A DNA stretch of 60,281 bases. Origin: an uncultured Bacteroidales bacterium. Lineage in GTDB: Bacteria > Bacteroidota > Bacteroidia > Bacteroidales > UBA12077. A model generated the notes under the pieces. It was not told the DNA's origin and did not search any database. It worked only from the letters and a program-made list of their open reading frames with translations. Below are positions 50,374-60,047 of the stretch, piece after piece. The translations under genes and the position numbers were made by a program. The DNA lies in contig CAZSIC010000006.1 of assembly GCA_964606845.1 (NCBI GenBank), positions 1-60,281 of the forward strand, in the 5' to 3' direction. Within the stretch, counting starts at the first letter, position 1; the number at the start of each line of letters is the position of its first letter.

Positions 50374-53121
50374 ATGATAAAAGAAGCACCCTCTGAAAAC
50401 CAGAAGCACGAATTAACTATTCAAAGAGAAAAATGGTATTCATTTAGTCTGGAAGAAGTATACGAAAAGTTGGATTCCTCACCCGAAGGTATAGATACCA
50501 GCGAAGTAAAAGAACGTTTACATTTTTATGGCGAAAACACATTACCTCCGGCAAAACCGGTAACATTGCTTCAAATTATTCTGCACCAGCTTATCAATCC
50601 TTTGATATTTATCCTTTTAGCCGCAGCGGTTGCATCTATTGCCATTGGCGAAGCCAAAGATGCTGCTTTTATTTTTTTGGTGATATTAATTAACAGCGGA
50701 CTGGGTGCTTACCAGGAATACAATGCCGAAAAGAGTGCACAAAGTTTACAAAAGATGCTAAAAATCAGTGCACGGGTGAAACGAAACCACAAAGATCAGA
50801 ATGTGGACTCGAAAAACCTTGTTCCCGGAGATATTGTTTTGCTGGAATCGGGACTTAAAGTGCCAGCTGATATGAGGCTAATAGAAGCTTCCAACTTAAC
50901 GATGGATGAAAGTTTCCTTACCGGCGAATCGATAGCTGCGAAAAAAAGCACCGGAACCCTTAAAAAAGACACCCGGGTGAGTGAAAGAAGCAATATGGCT
51001 TATGCCGGAGCCACTGTAATGTCTGGACGTGCTGTGGGAATTGTTGTATCCACCGGAGTTCATACCCAGGTTGGACAAATTGCCAAAGATGTTACCGAAT
51101 CGGATTCGGCAAAACCACCACTTGTTTTACGAATGGAAAAATTTACCCGTCAAATCAGCTATGCGGTAGTGGCATTGAGTGTTCTTTTAGCAATCATCCT
51201 GCGAATGAATGGGATGGATTTGGCTGCCATTTTCTTCTTTATAGTGGCATTAGCTGTTTCTGCCATTCCGGAAGGGTTACCGGTGGCCCTCACCGTTGCC
51301 CTTTCCATTGCCACCAAGAGGATGGCAAAACGCAATGTAATTGTGCGCAAACTTACCGCTGTTGAAAGTCTGGGAAGCTGTACCATTATTGCCAGCGATA
51401 AAACAGGGACATTAACCGTTAATCAACAAACGGCCAAAAAAATTACATTGCCCAATGGATCAACATTTAATATTTCCGGCGAGGGTTATAATGGAAACGG
51501 TGAAGTAGACAAGGAAAGTGAACAAAATAAAGCATTAAAATACGGACAAAACTACACGTTGGATCTGTTAAATGAAATCGCAGTTCTTGCCAATGAGGCT
51601 TCACTAAACAATGAAAACAATAAATGGGAACATTACGGCGATGCCATGGATATTGCCCTGTTGGGAATGAGCTATAAGTTAGGTGCAAACCCTGAAGATA
51701 TTCGGGCAGCGTTTAAGTATAAAGATAAAATACCGTACGAATCAGAGAGAAAATTTTCGGCTGCCTTTTATGAAAAAGAGGGTACGACCTTAGTCAGTGT
51801 CAAGGGAGCGACAGAAACGATTCTGGATTTTTGCCATAACATGTCCGATGGAGAAAAAACCGTTACACTGAATAAAAAACAAATTTTGCAACAAGCCGAA
51901 GCACTTGCCGGGAACGGATACCGCGTTTTAGCTTTTGCCAGTGGCGAATATACTGATTTCAAAAAGCAGGATGAATACGAAAATAAAGATATCCCGGCAC
52001 TCACTTTTTACGGATTGATAAGTTTTATTGACCCGCTGAGAAAAGAAGCAAAGGATTCGGTAGATAAATGTAAGAAAGCGGGTATAAAAGTAATGATGAT
52101 AACCGGCGATCATCCCTCTACGGCCGGCACCATTGCCCGTGAGTTAGGAATTATTGAAGAGGATGAGCAGGTGGTTACCGGCCAGATGCTCGAAGATGCC
52201 TGCCCCGCAGATTGCCCGGCATTTAAAAAGTTAGTCCTTTCGGGCAAAGTATTTGCACGAATCTCCCCCTTACAAAAACAGGAAATTGTGGATGTGCTGA
52301 TTCGCAACGGCGAATTTGTTGCCGTTACCGGCGATGGAGTGAATGATGCTCCGGCACTGAAACGTGCCAATATTGGCGTAGCAATGGGCTCCGGTACCGA
52401 TGTGGCTAAAGAAGTAGGACAAATGATTGTTGTCGATGATAATTTTTCATCTATCGTTGCCGGCGTTGAAGAAGGGCGTTTTGCTTACGATAATGTTCGT
52501 AAGGTAATTTATCTGCTGATATCTACCGGAGCAGCGGAAGTCATCCTGTTTATTGCTTCTATTTTTGCCGGACTGCCCCTGCCCTTGCTTGCTGTTCAGT
52601 TGTTGTGGCTCAACCTGGTAACCAACGGAATTCAGGATGTAGCCCTGGCTTTTGAAGGTGGCGAACCACTGGCCATGAAAAGAAAACCCAGAAGCCCCAG
52701 GGAGAAAATCTTTAATCCCTTAATGATTAATCAAACCATTATCGCAGGACTTACCATGGGCGGAATTGTTTTTGGTGTTTGGTACTGGTTAATTAACTAC
52801 CTGCAAATGAACGAAATTCATGCACGGAATATGGTTCTGCTATTGATGGTATTTATGCAAAATTTCCATGCTTTCAACGCTCGTTCGGAAATTACATCTG
52901 CTTTTAAAGTGCCTCTGAAACGGAACCTGATTTTGGTTTTCGGAATTTTAGCTGCCCAGTTAATCCATATTGCCAGCATGCAAATTCCTTTTATGCAGAA
53001 TATCCTTCGTACAGAACCTATTACGCTTGCAGAATGGGCGCAAATCCTCGTTTTTGCAGTACCTATGATTTTAGTGATGGAAATTTTTAAGTGGATTAAC
53101 CGGAGGGTAAACAAGGAATAG
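50374..53121 (+). CDS. Cation-transporting P-type ATPase (P2A/Ca2+-like)
   Basis: TGES, IPEGLP, SDKTGTLT, KGA, MITGDH, TGDGVNDAPALK, LWLNLVT. Confidence 0.95.
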   Translation: MIKEAPSENQKHELTIQREKWYSFSLEEVYEKLDSSPEGIDTSEVKERLHFYGENTLPPAKPVTLLQIILHQLINPLIFILLAAAVASIAIGEAKDAAFIFLVILINSGLGAYQEYNAEKSAQSLQKMLKISARVKRNHKDQNVDSKNLVPGDIVLLESGLKVPADMRLIEASNLTMDESFLTGESIAAKKSTGTLKKDTRVSERSNMAYAGATVMSGRAVGIVVSTGVHTQVGQIAKDVTESDSAKPPLVLRMEKFTRQISYAVVALSVLLAIILRMNGMDLAAIFFFIVALAVSAIPEGLPVALTVALSIATKRMAKRNVIVRKLTAVESLGSCTIIASDKTGTLTVNQQTAKKITLPNGSTFNISGEGYNGNGEVDKESEQNKALKYGQNYTLDLLNEIAVLANEASLNNENNKWEHYGDAMDIALLGMSYKLGANPEDIRAAFKYKDKIPYESERKFSAAFYEKEGTTLVSVKGATETILDFCHNMSDGEKTVTLNKKQILQQAEALAGNGYRVLAFASGEYTDFKKQDEYENKDIPALTFYGLISFIDPLRKEAKDSVDKCKKAGIKVMMITGDHPSTAGTIARELGIIEEDEQVVTGQMLEDACPADCPAFKKLVLSGKVFARISPLQKQEIVDVLIRNGEFVAVTGDGVNDAPALKRANIGVAMGSGTDVAKEVGQMIVVDDNFSSIVAGVEEGRFAYDNVRKVIYLLISTGAAEVILFIASIFAGLPLPLLAVQLLWLNLVTNGIQDVALAFEGGEPLAMKRKPRSPREKIFNPLMINQTIIAGLTMGGIVFGVWYWLINYLQMNEIHARNMVLLLMVFMQNFHAFNARSEITSAFKVPLKRNLILVFGILAAQLIHIASMQIPFMQNILRTEPITLAEWAQILVFAVPMILVMEIFKWINRRVNKE

Positions 53122-53266
53122 AGGGATAGAGGAATAGAGGGATAGAGGAATAGAGGAATAGAGGAATAGAGGAATAGAGGAATAGAGGAATAGAGGGATA
53201 AGGGAATAAGGGAATAAGGGAATAAGGGAATAAGGGAAGAAGGGAAGAAGGGAATAAGGGAAGATA
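53115..53266. repeat. 8-bp tandem repeat, ~19 units (GGAATAGA grading to GGAATAAG)
   Basis: Contiguous purine-rich units; the first unit supplies the ATPase stop codon. Confidence 0.93.
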
Positions 53267-53346
53267 ACAGGGTGCTTGAATGAACATTAAACTATAACCA
53301 ACGGTTTTGTCTGTTGATTTACCGTCTTAACCGATAAAGAAATAGG

Positions 53347-53507
53347 AGCTGTCCAAAGAGTATTTAAAAATGGTAAATTGATTATTCATCTGCTTAGCGA
53401 AACTTTGCGACTTCTTTGCGATGCTCTCTGCCTATCAATACTTTATGATTATACCACAAAGTCACACAAAGGAATCACGAAGTTCCACAAATACTTTTTG
53501 GACAGCC
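53347..53507. mobile_element. ~160-bp MITE-like element with 19-bp terminal inverted repeats
   Basis: AGCTGTCCAAAGAGTATTT ... AAATACTTTTTGGACAGCC (17/19 match); no transposase inside. Confidence 0.6.
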
Positions 53508-53610
53508 TTTGCCTGATTGCTGTACCCCATCGGTTTTGGTTATCTTACCTACAGAACTATAAACCCCCTAAAGAAAACCGGCTGGAAGCCGGTGATCCTT
53601 TTTTAGATAA

Positions 53611-55185
53611 CTACAACTCCTTTTTCGGGTAATCTGTGATATCTCTGATATCGTGATACAATGGTTTTAATTGTTTATACATCTTCTTATAAACTTTATT
53701 AAAAAGTTTTTTATAAATAGCACGATTTTCGGATTTAGGCCTATAGGTTTCTCCTACTCTGCACATATTATCAATAGCTGTTTGAAAATCGGGATATAAT
53801 TTAAGTCCCACCGCACAGTTGATGGCAGCACCCAATGCGGATGTTTCGTAGGTATGTGGCTTTTCTACCGGCATATCAAATATATCGGCGGTAATTTGCA
53901 ACGCATTTTCGCTTTGCGAACCTCCACCCGAAACACGCAATTTTTCAATTTTTACACCGGTACGCTTTTGGGTAAGCAATGCACCATCCTTTAAGGCATA
54001 GGTTAACCCTTCAATAATGGAACGGTACAAGTGAGCCCTTGTATGCACATCACCAAAACCAATGACTGCCCCTTTAGCCTCATGGCCGGGAATTTTTACG
54101 CCGGGCGACCAGTAAGGTTGTAGTGTTAATCCCATAGAACCGGGAGGAATATCTTTAATCATCTCATCAAAAAGCTCTTCGGGAGTTTTTCCTGTTTTTT
54201 TGGACAGCTCCACTTCCCGATAGCCAAATTCTTTTTTAAACCAGTTTATCATCCAGTACCCCCGGTAAATCATTACTTCCGTGTTGTAATGATTAGGAAT
54301 AGCGCTGGGATAGGAAGGAAAATATTTGATCACTTCGACATACTTTCGATTAACTGTTTCGATGGTTGCTGTGGTTCCATAACTCAGACAAGCTTTTTCA
54401 GGTGTGATACACCCCGAACCTAATACCTCGCAGGCTTTATCGGCAGCAGCAGCTATAACAGTTAAGCCTTCGGGTAATCCGGTTTGTTTTGACGCTTCGG
54501 AGGTAATATTTCCCATCTTTTCAGATGGTTTAACCAAATCAACAAGCTTTTCTCGTTCTACTGGAAAAAGTTTGGTGTTTATTGAACCCGGTTTAGACCA
54601 TTGTTGCTTTTTATAATCAAAAGGCATATAACCAACCGTACTGCCGACAGAATCAATAAAATTTCCGGTTAAGCGGTAATTAAAGAAAGCAGAAAGAAAT
54701 ACATATTTGTAGGTTTTTTTCCATATCTCGGGCTGATTTTGTCTTATCCAGTTTGATTCTCCATCTTTAATGGCATGCGCCAGCGATTCGTACATATTTA
54801 CCAGCTGCAATCCTTTTTTTATAATTCCTTCAGGCCAATCGCCCACTTTTGCTTTGCGCTGGTCAAGCCATATAATAGCAGGGCGCAAGGGTTTACCCTT
54901 TTCATCGAGGTTAACTATCGAACCACGTTGTGTTGTTATTGATAATCCCCGGATAAGAGAAATATCAAAAGAATTATTTTTTACTAATCGCCGGGTGGTT
55001 TCACACAGCTTATCCCACAAATATTCCGGATCCTGTTCGGCAAACCCCGGATGGTCCGAAAAGTAAGGCTCGATTTCAGTACGCTCCAGGGCATCGATAT
55101 TTCCTTCCAGGTCAATCATCGCTGCACGGATGGATTGAGTTCCGGCATCAATAACAATAACGTATTTTTTTTCGTTCGCATTCAT
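53611..55185 (-). CDS. FGGY-family carbohydrate kinase
   Basis: IDAGTQSIRA, TTQRG, AIIWLDQR, ADKACE, SYGTT, VSGGGSQS, SALGAA. Confidence 0.92.
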   Translation of the reverse strand: MNANEKKYVIVIDAGTQSIRAAMIDLEGNIDALERTEIEPYFSDHPGFAEQDPEYLWDKLCETTRRLVKNNSFDISLIRGLSITTQRGSIVNLDEKGKPLRPAIIWLDQRKAKVGDWPEGIIKKGLQLVNMYESLAHAIKDGESNWIRQNQPEIWKKTYKYVFLSAFFNYRLTGNFIDSVGSTVGYMPFDYKKQQWSKPGSINTKLFPVEREKLVDLVKPSEKMGNITSEASKQTGLPEGLTVIAAAADKACEVLGSGCITPEKACLSYGTTATIETVNRKYVEVIKYFPSYPSAIPNHYNTEVMIYRGYWMINWFKKEFGYREVELSKKTGKTPEELFDEMIKDIPPGSMGLTLQPYWSPGVKIPGHEAKGAVIGFGDVHTRAHLYRSIIEGLTYALKDGALLTQKRTGVKIEKLRVSGGGSQSENALQITADIFDMPVEKPHTYETSALGAAINCAVGLKLYPDFQTAIDNMCRVGETYRPKSENRAIYKKLFNKVYKKMYKQLKPLYHDIRDITDYPKKEL

Positions 55186-55221
55186 GGATATTAAACTCAG
55201 TCATTTGTAATAATTACCTAT

Positions 55222-55248
55222 GTCATCCTGAGCCTGACGAAGGATGAC
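55222..55248. repeat. REP-like 27-bp hairpin, copy 2
   Basis: GTCATCCT-GAGCCTGACGA-AGGATGAC; same loop as 7993-8019. Confidence 0.7.
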
Positions 55249-55250
55249 AA

Positions 55251-56885
55251 CTATGGTTTTAGCCCCAGCGTATTTCCCGGATTCATAATCCCTTTGGGAT
55301 CCAAATGGTTTTTGACGGCTTGCATTAATTGCATATTTTCTTTTCCCAGCTCTTCTTCCATCCAGGGAGCTAAAGTACGGCCAACACCGTGATGATGAGA
55401 TAATGAGCCTTCATGTGCCCGAATGGTTTCAATAATGCCCTGATGATATTGTTTGTAATCCTCCAGCTCATCTCCTTTTTTCATCGGGCTTAAAAACGTA
55501 AAATACAAATTAGCTCCATTTTCGTATACATGAGAAATATGAACCATCACCACTGTTTTTGGTCTGCTTTTCAGATATCTCCGAACGGACTTCCAAAGCG
55601 GAAGCAGGTTATTCCACATCACTGCTGTTTCAAGGGTGTCGGTCATAATACCTAAATCCATGAGCGGATCGCGTAAATAAGCGCTTGAATACCGTTGCTC
55701 CAGCCATTTTTTAGTAGGCTTTGCGCCAATATACATGGCTTTGTGTTTTTTGGCAATCTTTTTAATAGATGATACCACTTGCTTTGTATATTCAGTACTT
55801 CCTTCCACCGAAACAAACATTAAACAGCGGCTGTGCGATTTATAGCCCCGGTAGCTTAAAAACTGATCGGCAAAAGTACCTTCAAAATGCTGGGTTTTAA
55901 ATGCAATATCGGTCTCTTCAGGGTCGGATATACGAAACAGATGGGGCACCCCTACGCCGCTTTGCATCACCGTTCGCATGGCTGCAACGGCCGATTCAAA
56001 ACTTTTAAAAATAAACGAGGCATTTTTGGTATGATTTGGCCTGTATTTAAGTATTTTCATAGTAATCTGTGTTATTACACCCAGCGTTCCTTCAGAACCT
56101 ATAAAAAGAGGATGTAAATCCCACCCCTGGGCACTGGCAGGATAGGTTTTGGTTTCAATAATCCCTTTGGGTGTAACTACACGCATGGATAAGACCATAT
56201 GTTCAATTTTACCATAGCCCGTAGAAGCCTGTCCGGCTCCTTTTGCTGCCACCCATCCTCCAACGGTCGAATATTCGAAAGATTGAGGAAAATGTCCGCA
56301 GGAATACTTTTGTCCGTAGTGATTCAAATAGGATTCAAAATCAGGGCCATACATTCCGGTTTGAACCGTTGCAGTAGAATTTATTTCATTTACTTCCAGT
56401 ACCTTATTTAGATGTTTGGTTAAATCAAGACTTATTCCGCCTTTTGGTGTTTCCACTCCGCGAGTCACTGACGACTGTCCTCCCTGCGGAGTTATTGCTA
56501 TATTATTCTCATGGCACAATGTTACTATTTTTACAATATCATTTTCGTTACGTGGATAAATAACCGCATCGGGAGGTGTTAGAATTTCACCCTTTCGTAA
56601 TTTTAATAATTCAGCATAATATTTTCCATGTGCATGAGAAGCCCTGGAGGAATCATCTATTACGATATTTTCTTTTCCCACAATACCCGTTAATTGTTCA
56701 ATAATTTTGCTATCTAAACTACAAGGCTTATCGAGTTTAATTGAGTGGTTGCCCAATAAATGCTTGTGATCTAAATCAGAATCAGTGAATCCAAATTTTT
56801 CTTTTATAACTTTTATTGTGCCTTCATCAATTTGAGTTTCACGTTTATCTCCCCACTTAAAGATATCTCTGTATGTGTTCATCAT
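55251..56885 (-). CDS. FAD-linked oxidase, alkyl-dihydroxyacetone-phosphate synthase-like
   Basis: PDAVIYP, GHFPQSFEYSTVGGW, GSEGTLGVIT, DTLETA, HISHVYENGANLYF, SLSHHHGVG. Confidence 0.88.
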   Translation of the reverse strand: MMNTYRDIFKWGDKRETQIDEGTIKVIKEKFGFTDSDLDHKHLLGNHSIKLDKPCSLDSKIIEQLTGIVGKENIVIDDSSRASHAHGKYYAELLKLRKGEILTPPDAVIYPRNENDIVKIVTLCHENNIAITPQGGQSSVTRGVETPKGGISLDLTKHLNKVLEVNEINSTATVQTGMYGPDFESYLNHYGQKYSCGHFPQSFEYSTVGGWVAAKGAGQASTGYGKIEHMVLSMRVVTPKGIIETKTYPASAQGWDLHPLFIGSEGTLGVITQITMKILKYRPNHTKNASFIFKSFESAVAAMRTVMQSGVGVPHLFRISDPEETDIAFKTQHFEGTFADQFLSYRGYKSHSRCLMFVSVEGSTEYTKQVVSSIKKIAKKHKAMYIGAKPTKKWLEQRYSSAYLRDPLMDLGIMTDTLETAVMWNNLLPLWKSVRRYLKSRPKTVVMVHISHVYENGANLYFTFLSPMKKGDELEDYKQYHQGIIETIRAHEGSLSHHHGVGRTLAPWMEEELGKENMQLMQAVKNHLDPKGIMNPGNTLGLKP

Positions 56886-56926
56886 TTCAGATTTAAAACT
56901 TCTTTACAGCTAATTTATTCTTAAAA

Positions 56927-56963
56927 AAATAACAATAAATAACAATAAATAACAATAAATAAC
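56927..56963. repeat. 10-bp tandem repeat (AAATAACAAT, ~3.7 copies)
   Basis: Exact units between the glpD-like stop and the next gene. Confidence 0.8.
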
Positions 56964-58595
56964 TTATTGTGGTAATCTAAAAATATTCATCACTTTATCC
57001 ACTTCTTCCTGCGTCTTTTGATCATCCCAATTCAGAAAAACCTTGGCTGTTTCTACAACTTTGGTGAAAGTTTCATCACCAGGGTATCCTAAAGTTCCTA
57101 TGCCTGTTCGTCTAAAAAAGATATCAGTTAAAGAATAAGCCATCTCTTTTTTAATTACATAAACCACCTCGGCCAATATCTCACCATCTTTAGTTAATAC
57201 TTGTGCCAATGATTTATCTCGCATCGCCAGCCGAAATATAGTATGACATTGCAGTCCATAATTTCTACCCACATAATTTATGGTTGCTTCTGAAAATGCA
57301 GGATACCTTAATGCCAATTGCTTAATAAAGCTCTCCATGTTTGTAATATCTGAATTTACCAGATATTTCTTTTTAGAGATAGATTTGCCTGCTTTTTTAT
57401 TCAGCTTTTTAGCGATTTTATTCACCAAATGATAAGCCAGGTTTCTACTGGTGGTATACTTACCTCCTTCAACAGTTATTAACCCATCCATGCCTTCTTT
57501 GGCATGATCAGTAATTTCGTATTTACGTGACGATTCATACGATGCTTCGGTTTGATTATCAACCAAAGGTCTTAAGCCACCATAAGCAAATAAAACATCT
57601 TCATATTTCAATTTTTCAATTCCATAGTTTTCATTCATCTCATCAATCAATTCCTGAATACTTTCTTTCGTGATTTTATAATCATCCGGATTGCCTTTAT
57701 ATTCTTTGTCGGTAGTTCCAATAAGTGAATGGTTTCGCCAGGGCATCAGCATAATATGGCGGCCGCTTTTAGTCATCATGGTAACCGCATGTTTATTACA
57801 AAGTTTTTTGGTGATGATATGAATCCCTTCAGAACGGCGAATATGATGATTTGAGGCTTGTTTCCCGGCCGTTGCATTTAAAACAATGTCTGTCCATGGG
57901 CCTGTACAGTTAATGGTTAAATCAGCTGAATATTCATGTTCAGCATGGGTAATTAAATCTTTCACCTTTATTCCTTTTATAGCTTCACTTTCTTTAATCA
58001 ACGATTCTACTTTAGCATAATTTGCTAAATCTGCACCATATTTTACAGCCGAATTAAGCAATTCAAACGTTAACCTTTCGGGATTAATATTCTGACAATC
58101 GTAATAAATACTCGCCCCGGTTAGTTTTTCATCTTTAATACAGGGTTCAAGATTTCTCGTCTTTTTTGCACCAATGGTTCGGTGAAAAGGTAGTTTTTTA
58201 GTTTTATCCCATGTAAATGCTTTGTCAAAAGATAAAATATCATAAAGCAACATGCCAATAAATAAAATTTGTTTGTTATTTTTAAAGTTGCTATATGTTG
58301 GTATCATGAAAGGTAAGGGATAAACAAAATTGGGTGCTATATTTTCCAGAATGCGCCGCTCGGTCAGGGATTCACGCACCAAGCCAAACTCCATATTTTT
58401 TAAATAGCGTAATCCTCCATGAATTAGTTTTGAGGTAGCAGCAGAAGTAGCTTCGCCAAAATCTCCTTTTTCGAAGAGGGCAACTTTTAATCCACGGCTG
58501 GCTGCTTCGTAAGCGACTGAAGCACCGGTTATTCCTCCTCCAATTATAATGATATCATAATGTTTATGATCGGGTTTATCAAAAATTCTTTCCAT
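56964..58595 (-). CDS. Glycerol-3-phosphate dehydrogenase/oxidase family (GlpD-like)
   Basis: IIGGGITGA, TSAATSKLIHGGLRYL, NCTGPW, IGTTD, GLRPL, GGKYTT. Confidence 0.92.
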   Translation of the reverse strand: MERIFDKPDHKHYDIIIIGGGITGASVAYEAASRGLKVALFEKGDFGEATSAATSKLIHGGLRYLKNMEFGLVRESLTERRILENIAPNFVYPLPFMIPTYSNFKNNKQILFIGMLLYDILSFDKAFTWDKTKKLPFHRTIGAKKTRNLEPCIKDEKLTGASIYYDCQNINPERLTFELLNSAVKYGADLANYAKVESLIKESEAIKGIKVKDLITHAEHEYSADLTINCTGPWTDIVLNATAGKQASNHHIRRSEGIHIITKKLCNKHAVTMMTKSGRHIMLMPWRNHSLIGTTDKEYKGNPDDYKITKESIQELIDEMNENYGIEKLKYEDVLFAYGGLRPLVDNQTEASYESSRKYEITDHAKEGMDGLITVEGGKYTTSRNLAYHLVNKIAKKLNKKAGKSISKKKYLVNSDITNMESFIKQLALRYPAFSEATINYVGRNYGLQCHTIFRLAMRDKSLAQVLTKDGEILAEVVYVIKKEMAYSLTDIFFRRTGIGTLGYPGDETFTKVVETAKVFLNWDDQKTQEEVDKVMNIFRLPQ

Positions 58596-58653
58596 ATAGC
58601 AATTGTATTAAATAAATCTTATTTCAAATTTCCGAAAAAATAAGCTAAAAACC

Positions 58654-58671
58654 ATTTAACATTTGTTAAAT
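58654..58671. promoter_or_regulatory. Palindromic operator, candidate Crp/Fnr-family site
   Basis: ATTTAACA-TT-TGTTAAAT ~60 nt upstream of the glpD-like start, near a Crp/Fnr gene; variant -7 box GAAATTTG at 58625-58632. Confidence 0.55.
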
Positions 58672-58828
58672 ATTTTAATTAATGGAACACAGATTCAAAG
58701 AATTGAACAGAACATCACAGATTAAAAATTTTGATATTAGAAACAAAAGCGGCAGTTGATAGTTTATCTGTCGGATGGCAGGCTGCAGGTGCCAGTAAAA
58801 TGGATATACAATTAACAAATTTACTATC

Positions 58829-59410
58829 TCACTCCCACTCCATCGATTTACGTAAACGGCTTAATGATTGAAGTTTTATACCTAAAAATCCGGCAATAAA
58901 TTTTAGCGGCACTTCTCTAATCATATCGGGATGTTGCTTTAACAATTTTTTATACCGTATTTCAGCGGTTTCGGTAATAAAAGAATAAATTCTTCGCTGC
59001 GATTCTACAAACATTTCTTCGATGATCCGGCGCCCGAATCGTTCCCATTTTGGAAAATTTGAATAGAGAAATTCCAGATCGTTTTTATGAATAGTAATAA
59101 GTTCACAATCGGTAATGGCACTAATTATTTCGAATGAAGGTGTTTGAGAGATAAAACTGGGTAAAGCCGTAGCAAAACTATGCAAAGGAGTAATATCGCG
59201 GGTAATTTCTTCGCCATCGTGCAGGTAGAAAACCCTTAGGTATCCTTTATTGGTAAACGCTATTTGACGGGCAATCTCACCTTCATCAATAAAGATATCA
59301 TTCTTTTTTAGATGGATTAAATTTACCCTATTTTTCATAGCATGAATTTCCTGCTCATCAAAATCGACGAAATGCTTTATGAAATTTATGGCATGTTGGA
59401 ATTTATCCAT
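58829..59410 (-). CDS. Crp/Fnr family transcriptional regulator
   Basis: cNMP-binding-like GYLRVFY...GEEIT...SFISQTPS, C-terminal AEIRY...IAGFLGIKLQSLSRLR. Confidence 0.92.
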   Translation of the reverse strand: MDKFQHAINFIKHFVDFDEQEIHAMKNRVNLIHLKKNDIFIDEGEIARQIAFTNKGYLRVFYLHDGEEITRDITPLHSFATALPSFISQTPSFEIISAITDCELITIHKNDLEFLYSNFPKWERFGRRIIEEMFVESQRRIYSFITETAEIRYKKLLKQHPDMIREVPLKFIAGFLGIKLQSLSRLRKSMEWE

Positions 59411-59702
59411 TTTTCTTCATTTTTTATTTTTCCCAAAAGATAAAAAATATGTTCATTAAAAATTAAAAAACCAACGTTTAATAAATTTATAAGCAGGCTC
59501 CGAGCTTGATTGATGTAATTTAATCACTCACTCTCACGCTCGCATAAAGCTTCACTTTATATCAGCTTTGAAAAAGTAAGGGATTGCACGCTGTTTCTTC
59601 CCGTTAATAATCGGAGTTCGTTATCGAAAATTATAGATAACAAAAATAGTCAGAATTGCATTGCAGCCCCATTTTTTCTGAAGCTGTATTATCAGTAGAG
59701 CC

Positions 59703-60047
59703 CTATTCAGCTTCCTTAATAAACTTAAAAATTTCTTCTTTTAAAAGTGGAACATGTTTAGAAATAATTGCCCAAATATTCTCATCTGAAATATTATCGT
59801 AAGCATAAATAATTTGGTTTCTTAATCCAACAATCTTTTTAGCATATTTAATTGGAAATTCTGGATCTCTTTTCAAAATTCTATTTATGGCTTCTCCTAT
59901 TATTTCTAAGTCTCGTTCAACGGCTCTTTTAAGTAAAGTATTTGATTGATAATGTTTGAAATCTTTCGGATTATCAATGAAAAAGCTATCAATCTCATTG
60001 ATAGCTTCGTGAATATCATACAGCCATTTTAGAATCCGCTCGTCCAT
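59703..60047 (-). CDS. HepT-like HEPN (DUF86) toxin with altered catalytic motif
   Basis: RAVERDLEIIGEA, GLRNQIIYAYD, IW; overlaps the MNT gene end. Confidence 0.88.
   Translation of the reverse strand: MDERILKWLYDIHEAINEIDSFFIDNPKDFKHYQSNTLLKRAVERDLEIIGEAINRILKRDPEFPIKYAKKIVGLRNQIIYAYDNISDENIWAIISKHVPLLKEEIFKFIKEAE

Noticed and set aside
53096-53287. 63-aa low-complexity ORF, and a possible CRISPR reading of the repeat
   Set aside because: It is a translation of the 8-bp tandem repeat; the units are contiguous with no spacers and there are no cas genes.
53378-53632. 84-aa ORF on the + strand
   Set aside because: Starts inside the MITE-like element with a TTG codon, overlaps the kinase stop and has no motif.
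59490-59700. Slightly GC-richer intergenic stretch between the HEPN and Crp genes
   Set aside because: No consistent stems, ORF or repeat copy found by eye.
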